Below are positions 48,801 through 60,800 of a stretch of DNA of 64,000 bases, piece after piece. Source of the stretch: Phoronis australis. Lineage: Eukaryota > Animalia > Phoronida. The stretch spans positions 177,653 through 241,652 of the forward strand of contig NMRA01000460.1 in the NCBI GenBank assembly GCA_002633005.1. The letters are read 5' to 3'. Numbering within the stretch: the first letter of the stretch is position 1; the number at the start of each line of letters is the position of its first letter. The notes below the pieces were generated by a model. That model was not told the origin of the DNA and made no database searches. It was given only the letters and a program-made list of their open reading frames with translations. A program made the translations under genes and the position numbers.

Positions 48801-51800
48801 AAGTGGCGCAGGGTAGTGAAGAATGAAAACTACGCCGTTAATACCTAGTATAGGGCCGTAAAACATCTCCGTGTCTGTGGCCGACATTTCGTCGACATTG
48901 ATTTCACTGACGAATGCCGGCTTACCAAACAGCTCATGCCAGGGCAGAAAAAAAGACTGAGGCTGAAGTCAGATGCTGTGTCTAGTGTATTTGCTTTCGG
49001 CAGGCAAAAAGAAACTTGGATCAGTTTTCGGTTATGGAGAATTGCAGTTAGCCATGAAAGCATATAAACAATTACAATTAATTCAAGCATGAGAACATAA
49101 CGTTTTACATGTATATAACCTGTCTCATGACTTATTCGTTCTTCAGGCTTCTGTTTGGTCCTCTGGGTGTAAGATGTTTTTGCCAGTTCTTTTTTCCCAG
49201 CCCCAAAATCGTCGTAAGCACACCTCTGTTTAGATGCGGTGCAAACTCAGGATGGTCCGTGAGACACATGTGCGCTTCTCCAAGAAGGCGTTTCACTTAC
49301 TTAATTTTGTGGCAGCAGACGCACGCGTCAGTCGTTAACGCAGTTAGCGCACTGACAACACGACAAGTCATTCAAACGGTTTTCGGAAATATCCATATGT
49401 TCTGTTGTCTGTGCACGTTCACGGCGCCTCTAATCTTGATCAGTGTGTGATCTGATATACTGTGAAACCTAACGATCGACCTGTGAAGTCTTCGTCGGAT
49501 GAGCACTCGTCTAAGTCGGGATTGCGAGTTGCCATGTTGATCTTTATGATTGTGCGTTCCGTTTCAAAATGAATTATTCTCATCCTAACCAATGCTTATA
49601 TAGAACTGAAACAAAGCCCGTCTCAATAGATACAATGTGTAATGTCTTTGGAGTGAGAGCAAATGTTTGAACAAGCCAGCAATGAATAACTGCGTTACCG
49701 ACTTTGGATGAATAATGCTAATTGACCCGCCACCGAGGCCGTGTGAGCGCATGCTAATTCAGTGTTTGCTGACAGAAAGCTGTTGTGAAACAATATCTCG
49801 ATTTTATATCCTATGGTCAGCTGTTAGGGGAATCTTTGTGTAGATATACATATACATTATTCGAATCATTGTTCACTGTACAGCGTTTGCCTTGACGGTT
49901 CTGTTGAAGGGGAACCTGACGTCGCGGCTCCCGACGAGTACGTAGATTTGCAGTTTCGCGGCTAATTCACCAAAATAATCACGTGCACATTATTTCGTTG
50001 GCTCACTAGTATAGTCTCTTCGTGGCTTGAAAGTATAGTTTCCAACTTTGGCTGGTTCGTGATGTCTTCAGTCCGGCCGCGACGGGCCGATCGGGTTCCG
50101 AGCCACTGGCCGGGATAACAAGCGTTTTGTGTGTTTAGAACTGAAAAATTACAACACACAGCTATGTTCTTCTGTCTGTATTTTTCGGAAGAATAAATCC
50201 AATTTATCACCGAACAGACTCCAAACTCCCGCGATCGATCTTTGTAAATTGGCCCACCGAACGTTGTAGGCTAGGGTAAGTTCAAATGCCTATAAATCCG
50301 TAATAGCGAAATAAAACAACACGTTTGTTCATGAAATCGATGTATTTTTAAGGGTTTTACATTGAATTTTGATGATTTATTAGTGTAAAATGATGAATTC
50401 AAGCGATAAGCCGACACCAGTAACCGTGTTGTGAACTGCTGAACAGACTGCGTTCGAACCTGTGACGTCATTGGTTAATTTCAACACCTCTGTCTGCCGT
50501 CAGGTGTCAGGTAAAAGAGCTGTACTTGCTGTTATCGAGTGGAACTACTACAAATAAGGTTGTTTTTTCGGCGGCATTCTCCTTCAAGGCATTGTTTAGC
50601 TAAAAGCCCTCACTGCATCACAAAAGCAGATTCTTTAGTTTGGGATCAGCGCTGTTTCCCAACAGCTTTCGCACAAAGATTGCCGAGTTAGCAGTTGTGA
50701 AGTTAAGAGGGCATAAACTGAACCAATTCATTAGACTGGAGTAACCACAGCAGTTTAACACTCAGCTGGATCTGATGATGATTTCACCCTCTGATTGAAA
50801 GCGACTATAAACCCGTTTTCCGTATAGGAAGCTAACTGTTGAATTTGACCACTTAAAGGTATAGAATTTGTCTCAACTTATGCAGACGAGAAATCATTTT
50901 TGATTTTGCCAAGAGCTAACGGTTTTGTATTAATTGGGACCATGCTCGTCGCTTATAATGGCAGATCGTGTCAAGCCAATTGTTGAACCTGATTTCAAGC
51001 AACAACGAATGTTCAGTGCTGAAATCATCTCTAATCTAACTAAAGAGCAATTTGAGATCAATTTTATGACCGTAAGTGGTCTTAGATCACAAGTTGTTTT
51101 TGTGATGGAAGGCTGATTTATTGTCGCTTTAAAGGAAAGAAAGCGCCCTTTAAAATCTTTCAGGTGTAACGCGGCTATCGGCAAGAAAGGAAGCACTCTC
51201 CCTAGATATTGGGTGTCGGGTGTCAACCTGGGTGATAGTGGCGATACGTGTCTCGATGTAGGTATTCTTGTTTTTTACAGCATTTCATAAATCAGGGGGG
51301 TTTCTTTTATTTCCGCAAAAATCATAAAGGACGACCGTGCAGGCACTGATAAAAGGGGCCCACGTGGTTGGAATCCTCCCTCCTCGGACTCCAGAGTATT
51401 ACTGTAACGGAGAACCTGTAGTTCTTGTATTTCATCAATCAAAACAAATTCGACTGCTGGCTTAATTGAGCCGAAATCGTCTGCTTCCGTACAGTACCTG
51501 TAATATATAGAAACTACGGGATACATGGTCAAGCTTTGGGAAGGGCTGTTGTGAAAACTCGAAATGTCTGCACTGTTGCAGTTTATTTATGTCTAAGAGA
51601 TGCAATTCTGTATGCTTGTCGTCGTATATATTATTACATGTACAGCAACATTTTTTGGAAATCTCAGGTTTGTGTCTGCAAGCATTAGCCGCCTTCGACA
51701 CTCAGTTCCTATTGTCGAGTGACCTACAGGGTTTCACGCTGAAATGTAACATTCTTGATATGACCCGGCCTTTTGTAGTGTTAAAGGAGAAAGAATGAAC

Positions 51801-54800
51801 ATCTTCAAAATACCTTCTTTCGGTGTTAATCAAATATAATGCAAAACAATATGGAGAGGAATTGTACGTAGTTCGTCTTTTCTTTTGTACACAGTTCATT
51901 ATCCCTTTTAATCTTTCATTCCTTTCCACACTGTCTTCATTAGTTTGATTTGCGAGTGTTTTAGATTACGACAGTCATACATGAAACCAGTCACGCTATC
52001 GGTCGATGGCACGAGCAAGCACGCGAAGATCGAGGAGCCTTTGTAGATGTCAACTCGGATATTGTATCAGATCAATCGCAATATGACGTCGGCTCTGGAT
52101 ATTATAGAGGACGTTCTTTGGTACCGTACGACTACACCAGCGTAATGCATTATAGTTCGAAGGTACGGTTATAGATAATTTTCTGCTTACACGGGCTCAT
52201 GATCGCATGTGAAAAAATGCTGTACGAATATTGAGATGTATAGGAAGGTCTTCAGCTTCCAAAGACAAAAAGTAATCTTAGTAAATTGAAAAAAAGGCGA
52301 TTATACTCATTATGGCCTTTTTCGAAACCGTGGTTTTAGAAGACTAATCTTTCCGGGTTTCGTACATTTTTTGCTTTTGGAGCGTTTGATGTTTACCGGT
52401 GGCTGTAGAAGAACATGTTTCCCCATTACTAAATTTACTATTGCCTGAATTCATAGTAACTAAAATATTGATTCTTGAATGAATGCCAAGTTGTTTTTGA
52501 AAATAAGCAATGTTCTTTGCAGGGTTTTACAGTTACAAACGAAGACAGCATGCAGGCACTAGATACAGACTTAACTTCCTTAATGAATGGCGGCGCAATA
52601 CTGTCGTATTACGACCAGAAAGTTTTAAATATAGCGTACAATTGTTCCCGTAAGTATAACTCGACCAAAACAAGGGAGTCTTTAGTGTCTTAAAGAGGCA
52701 TGGAACGCTACAGCTGGTCAAAAATGTCTTTTAAGGTATTACTTTACCCCGGTGAGGGAATTTCCAGAAAAATCACAAAAGACGTTTTTTGTAGTCACCA
52801 CAGAGTCCCATGAATGCGCATGCGCTCAAAGTCGTTCGACAAACAGCTCACTAGCATGATGGATATTAACGGCAGATTATCTTGTGTGATTGCACTCCGA
52901 ATCTGAGGCACACAGCACAGTGTGATGCAAGCCATCGAAGGAAGCAATAAGTTGTTGCCGCCATCGTTTTGTTTACATCAAAGGCCATATTTTCTATATA
53001 AAGGAAATGCGCTACGTCTATGTTTGCCATACCAAATAAGGAGACATGTGTTACCTTGAGGTAGAAAAATCGACGAAGAGACGAGCTGATGACAAATCGT
53101 TTTTTTTGAAATTTGAAACTAAAAGAAAAATGATTTGCATGCGAGCACCCAGTCTTAAAATAGGGTGGGCTCGAATTTTTGAGAATGTGGACCATTTTAC
53201 TAAGATTAAAAAACGGACAATTGCTGCACAATTAAAAAAGATCATGTTCATTCAACGTTTCGTCTATTCATTTGACATCATCAAGATATATACAATAAGA
53301 CACCAAGTGTCGACATACCAGACAGGTTACATCCATTTTGTGAAATGAAAGCAGCAAGAAATAATCTCTCGTGGCGCTTTTTATTGCCCATCTTTCCAGA
53401 GATTATTATTTTATCTTCATGTTATTTGTACACTCATATTTCTGTACCTTATCAGTCATAATAAATGACCTTATAGCGCCTATACACGGCCTCCTTTGTA
53501 TCTCTGGAAACTGAGCTTGCGACGCACCTATTATTTTCGGGACATATTTCAAACATAAATACAGAGAATAGTAAGTAGGTCATCACCATAGCTGTAGGGT
53601 CACTGAACTCTCCTCGTTATTCAGAGAATCATCACTAACATTGACGGGGTACGTTCAGAGCTATAAATCGTGCATTCGCCGAGGTTTGGTAGTTAGTGGT
53701 CTTTTGTATCTTTTTCTACTTGTTCGGAGTTATTGTTTCTCTGAAGAAGACCGTTCGAGCCCCTCGAGCCCCCCCTCTGGGTACACGCATGATTCTATAC
53801 CAACAGAAATTCAAACTAATGGGAACAAACCGTAAAAATACCTGGTGAGCAGGTTGAATTCTGTTTCAGGGTCGCAAACCACTTTGAATAATACAATTTA
53901 CATTGTTCTTCGCGTTCCAGACCTCTTTAATGTTTGTGGTCCATTCGCTGCTGAAACGGAAGCACTAATTATTACATATGTGATTAAATTGATTTCATAT
54001 TCGACATATGTTCGGACAATAAACAACGATACGACTCAATCTAAGTTTCCACAGATGAAAAGAAGACTCAGGTTGGCAAAATAAAGGTACTATATTATGA
54101 CAAGGTAGTGGTACAAAGCATACATTATGAAAATAAACAACAGGTAAAAACAATGATTTCTGGAAAGGTGGTCAATAAAAAGCGCAACACAGAAGAACAA
54201 GAAACTACCCATAGGGAGGTACTTGGTGGGCAAAGTTGAAGAGATGTTGTACATAACAACGCATGCGCATGACACAACGGTGTGTTGACCACATTTGTGT
54301 AAGAAACTGCACATGTAACAATTATTACAATTGGTTGACGTCCTCATTAAGTTCAAAGATAAACATACCTTTACATTTGCGGCTGCGTCATAACTAGTAC
54401 TTTACGCCGAGAAATGAAAATCTAGAGTCTACGAAGCAACTTAGGTTTTTCTGGGTTCTAAAATGTAACTGAAATTGTTTATTTTAGATATGTATTTATA
54501 TCTGTGTACTTGAAGGTGGCTGCTCTATCAGAAGCTGTGAAAATGAAGGATTTGTTACGAAACACTGCAGGTGCAAGTGTCCGCCGTTTGTTGGAGGATC
54601 AAGATGTGAGCGCGTGACTACAGGTGGGTATACTGAGAACACATGCTACAAACAGCGACTTGTTAGTCAGTAAATTTGACAGGTCTGGACCCCGATCTAA
54701 GTCTCCGAACTCAAACTCCCATTGCCTGTCATACTTTAGTAAGAACTAAAGATAAATGTCTATGACTGTGTTTGAGTAGACAAGTTTTTAGTCCAAGTTC

Positions 54801-57800
54801 GTATATGATGGCACAGCATTACAGCTGCAATACATGCAGGTTGGATTCTGAACTCGAAAACTTGAGTATGAACTCGAGTTTGCAGCTCGAGGCTAAATGT
54901 CGTCAAGTACAAACTCTGACTAGAAACTCAATTGCGTAAATCATAGTATACTCGAGAATACAATCGTAAACACTTACTTTCGTGTCGTACTAAAACAAAA
55001 ACTATCAAAAATAATTTGGAGTTGGAGTTCTAGTTCAGATTTTAACAACGGGCATAGGGCAAAGGATTTAAACCTTTTACTCGAAATGGAACGTGAAAAT
55101 ATATTTGACATTTATCGTTGTGAAAACTGCGGAAGTCAGCAAATGAAAAGCTACTACTCGATGGATTTCCAAATAACACTACGGTTTCTCCTTATTTCTA
55201 CTGTTACACACGTGGAAAAGTGTTACTTTAATGATTTGAAATTCATGTATTTTGGTAGGGTGCGGCAGAGTAGTAAATGTGCTGGACAATGTTATCATCA
55301 AGTCGCCAGGATATGATCAAGGCTCCTATCAAAACGGACTCAAGTGTGCATGGGTTGTGAAGGCAAGCTGACTACTTATCTTATTTGTTATCATTCTTTT
55401 CTTAATTATAGAATGAGTTCTCATCAGAAACTGAGTTTTCAGTAATAAGAAGTCCAGGAAGCCCTAGTTTTCGAGGACACGAATAAACTGTAAAATTGTC
55501 CCTTATAGTAAACGTTCTGCTACAATGAAATGCCAACGCTTGAAAGAAAAAAGGTATACTGGTAAAGTCTAATAATAACGGCACGTACATTTATAACAGC
55601 ACGTACGAATACTTTCATTAGGAGCTGCAATATTTCAGAGCCCGCCAAAGACCATAATGAAGTTGGAATTCCTCGATTTTGATGTAGAGGACGATCTTGC
55701 AAATTCTCTTTGCAAAGATAGTTTGGAAGTGCGACATCTTGGCATAGGAATGTTAGGACTAAGGTAAAAACAACTCGAGACTTTTTAGTCACCAACACAA
55801 GTGCTTATATGTAAAAGTGACAGGAAGTCTTCATATGTCTGTTGCAATGATAGCTAAATAATTTTCGAAAGAATCCATCTCAACGGAACTAATAATGTAT
55901 GTTTTCGGTTGTTATGTAGCGATAGAAGGGGAATACCCGAATACCCCATTGTTGAAAATCAATAAACTAATATGCTAAATTTGTGAACAAAGTTGTCCTT
56001 GAAAACGAGCTTGGAAGCAGGGTGGAAACCGTTAGGCCGAAGGTCGTATATTGCGAGGGTCCTGTAAGTCGACATTAGAGCAGCATTAAACCCGTGTTTT
56101 CCGAAAAACAAGTTTTGATTGAGGCAACTTACCGTGATGAAATTGATCTCACATTGTTCCTTAGCGATAATAGATGTGCTGTGGGGTCATGGAAAGAACT
56201 GAGTGGAGTGACCTGAAATTTGATGAGCCTTGTTTGAATAAATTACTGCAAGTTCTTCCCGTGCCCCAGAGGCCACTTATGAACTGAGTAAAAAATAAGA
56301 TGTGAGCAAGGTCCTGTCTCCAAATGTCACGTGCTGCCGTCTGAAAATGCTCTTACATCATACTCCAACCACACATTCCGCGATACAAAACACTTTGGAC
56401 CATTAATTTTGATTGATAACAATCTACAGGTAAATAGGACATTCTACAGCTTTGCGCAGGAATCGCGAAACCTTCAGATTACTTGTTCAATCCGACGAGA
56501 AATAATGTGATTTACTCGGTAGTCCGTGGTCCGGTAGTAGTAAAATTGCTTTGTTTCTGGTACATCTGAAACTACGGCATGGTTGTCAAGTCTACGAGTA
56601 TATAAGTATAGTAAGCAATGTGGCACATAGACGGATGTACGCTTATGTTTATCGACAAATGTACGACGGTAGGGCTTTTTTGCATTGTAGGTTTTGTGGG
56701 GATGAAATGGGTCGAAAATTTGAGACTCGTTACAACAATTTAATGTTGATTTTCCGATCGAACAGCAACAATAGACACAAAGGTTTTAAAGTCAAGGTTA
56801 AAGTGGAGCCCGATACGGGTAAGTGGAAAAGCAAGCTTGTATAATGAATAAAACACCATCGAGAGACGCAATATGCATTGTTCATAACGTGCGCGGAGTT
56901 CGAATTTGTAATTAAATTGGCTATTATGTTGCAAAATCTTGTCCAGAATAGTCACTAACCGCCACATCAACATCTGAACCAAAAACGTATACTGGCGCGT
57001 TCAGTAACTGTTATGGAATTTCTAAGGTAGATAGGACATCTGATTGGAAGTCCAATCAGATTCTTAAAACCAGTGTTCATAAAGGCGTCCTATTTGCAGT
57101 CTTATGAGTAACGAGCATAATGTTAATGTACAAAATGCTCTGTGCAATCACGCGCGATCTTGACACTACAGACGAAAAATGCCTAAATGCAAATCTCGTC
57201 GTTGGAATGTAGGATTCTCATTTAAAGAAGGCTGATCTACCGTCTGATTTGGGAGCAAGCGATAAGAAGACTCATGACTTGCGTTCACATGCGAAAATTT
57301 TCAGAGGGCAGATCAGACGTCCGATCGGACGGCATGTGAACGCTTTATTAAACTAAGATCAAATTTGACGTATGTGTTGCGGGTGTAGAAGTTAATTCTA
57401 GAACTTGTTAAACGATTTGACAACCAAACCATGAAGTGCCAAAAGGTTCGTAAACCTTTCTGCACGTTAAATTGTGCTTATTCTATGCGCTTTGTTGCTT
57501 GATAACTGCACACAACTGCTTAATCAACGCACAGATTTGGTTATTCAATACGCACTGAATTTTGTCCATTCAAACACAAGGTTACTGCCACGGAGAGGAG
57601 CCAGCACAGACAAAACATGGCTGAACTGATTAAAGGCATTATTTTGTCAGGGACCATGGCGACACCTATCGGGTGTGAAAATGGAGTGTTGTACTGCACT
57701 CCTTGGTGTGTGTGCGGCAACGAAGTATGCGAGGCATCAACTACCATGGCCGATTTTTGTTTGTCAAATTCAAAATTGTGAAATGTTTTGGTTTAAAATT

Positions 57801-60800
57801 TTGAGAACAAATATATGAGCAGTGTAATAGAAAAATATGCATTTAGGCAAAATATAGAGTACACCAAGAAAAATTTTGGGCAGCAAAGGTAATGTAAATT
57901 ACGAGAAATACATCATGGAGGTTGAGTAGGCACATGAATGATTTTGTCCAGGGGGGTCAGGGAAGTAATAAGCAATCATGCGACAATCACGCATTAAAAT
58001 TTGAGAGATGGCGTCACTTTAGCTATGCCTATTCCTAATTCTTTCACATGGGCGGCGCACCATAATGGGCTGGGGGGTCCACTTTTTCAGTGCTACGCCG
58101 TACATGGTCTACAGGCGATGCACCACAGGGGGCTGAGGGGGCTTTAGCACCCCACTTTTTTCAGTACTGCGCCGCCCATGTTTCAATTTGCCCGTCTCTT
58201 TAACTGCATGCATGTCTTTTCCTGACTGTTTCGGTTTGCCCCCATATTCCATTTTGCGCCAGTTTCCTATACACATTATTGGTGACCACAAGTTGATCTG
58301 ATATCAAAATTTATTTCTCATCACCCAGTATGTTTTGATGTATTATATTTCTAGGTTGGTTGCGATATCAAACCTGTAAATCTATGGTAGTCTCCCGTTA
58401 TTTTGGTATTCATTAGCCCCAAATTAGGTGCACTAAACAACGAACAACTTGATGGAGTTGGGTCTCTTCTTGCGGATTTGTCTGGTTTTCACTCATCGGA
58501 CATTTACGGCCGATTTCAAAAAGGAATAACTGTAAATTGCCTTGTCCCTATGACGTCACGTCACCAAGGTACATAGTTGACCAGTCAAATATGCCACTTC
58601 GTTGTTGTGTGCTCAAATATATCGAGGATGTTAGATTGTTAGCAGAAAAACCTCTAGAAATAACTCAAAATTCTAAAACGTGATGCGTCTTAGCATAACA
58701 GCACTATGCGGCTTCTTACAAAATATTTTTTTAGTTAAAAAGGGATAATTAGGCGTGGTAATCACTTATCTCTTGGAGGTAGTACAATGTTTCAAATTGT
58801 GTTTTATTAATAGAGTCAATTAAATCGACTGGAGCCTTTACTACGCGATCTCATTATTTCTGCTTCCTCGCGTTTTTCAGATTGCCGATCCAATCCTTGT
58901 CAAAATGGAGGCGAATGCAGAATCAACGAAATTGGCATGGCGTACTGTAAATGTGGCGAGAGAATGTCGGGTCGTTGGTGTGAAAGAGGTAGGTTGTTGG
59001 TAGGAAAGTTATGTAGTCTTTCACTCGTGCTTGAACCTGTATTGGTCTCAGTAATTTATTTTTAAAATCTAAGTTTGTTTAAAGAGGTGAAGCGCATTTC
59101 GAACATTTTTTAAACGTTGATATATCTGTTTCAATTGACCTTTTGCATTTGCCAAAAAGGCAGTTGAAATTTCAGAACAAGCAGCTCTTCCTTCTACTCT
59201 CTAGTTATTTCTCAGAACTGTCAAATATTGTTCGCCTTTTGGCTCCCTTTCGATAGAGTTTACTTGCTGGCGACTAGCATCCAGAATTGCTTGAACTTGC
59301 CTTTTATAAAAAGTATCTTTCATTCAAACAATTGTTATAAAACTTGTTCCTTACTCAAATGAGACGTACCGATGGTTCATTTTTTGCGCCTAGCTTGGCG
59401 AGTCAATTGACTCAAGAGTCCAGAAATCATTTCTAATCTGAGTAAGAATCAGGTTGAGACTTGTTTACAGTTGCCTAAATGAAAAGTAAATTTTTCTATC
59501 GCGAGGCGGGTTAATGACAGTTTAAACCGATAAAAGTATGAGTTTATGAAGCACTCTTTTAAGAAAGCTATAACGAAATGTTAGTTTCACATATTTCTTG
59601 TTCAGTGAACGGCAAATGGGCCGAGTGGGGTAGTTGGACGTCTTGTCAAGGTCGATGTGGCGTCCAAACTAGGTGGAGACAGTGTACCAATCCGGCCCCA
59701 GCCAATGGCGGACGACAATGCTTCGGATCGGACACCGTCTTCAAACCTTGTGGAACCTGGCCCTGTTCAGGTGACGCAAGTTTATAGTAATTAAAAGGAA
59801 AATGTGTGAAACATTGGAATTTATCCAATGCAACGACAAGTATCTCCATTTAACGTTCATTTACATAACCGATCAGCTGCTGGTCCACTCAAGTTCTTGA
59901 ACCTATTCTCAAGTAGTAACGAAATGCCTGTCCTTCTAAATCCCATAAATCAAGTTAAATATGAAGAAGGGAAAGGCCAAGTTTGAAACAGCAGTAATTA
60001 CGTGGATTAATCACAGATTGCCGGCACATATCAGCAATTAATCCTAAGTTTTACAGTAAATTGTTGAGTATTTGGCTTAGTTTGCTGTTTATCGTCTGCA
60101 ACTGGCTAAAGATTGTGCCTGAGTAACGATTACAGTTGATGGAGGAAAACGAATTACATGAAAGATATATCAGAGTATTTAAGCCCATGGTCTGTCTCTG
60201 AAATATTGCGTTCTTCAACACATCTTTTGCATATGCACATGAAAGTTAACTTCTTTTATAGGAGGTGCTGGCAAATAACTGTCGTTTTTGCGCGATTATC
60301 TTAAAACGACTGTTTCTGTGTGTCTCTTGTCCAATTTTTTGTAACATTAAAACGTTTATGTCGAAAACAGATTTATCTTCTTCTTAGCAGTCCAAAAAGT
60401 GGTCAAAACCAAAACTGCTGGTGTTGATGGATAGAAATGCATTCGTTTTCATGATCTTCTTCAAAACTATATGTCAATATTGTTTCTAGGTTCCACAATC
60501 TGCACTTTCGATAAGTACAGCGGCTTCCTTGGAACATCACGTTGTTCATTCAGGCAAAGTCAGGGGGACAAAGGAGATTTTTACGAAGGGTCGTATTCTG
60601 ACTTCGTGCGGTATAATTCGTTTCGCCATCCCAAAGTAGATCACACATACGGCTTCCAGTTCATGAAGAAAGAAACCGGCCCAAGACGGTACCTGTGGTC
60701 AGGCCCTCATAATACGCCAGGGTCGTGGACTAACGTGCGTCTACAACCATACGACAAAATCAGCCTTGAAGGATTGATACTCTCTCAGCATGGATCATAC

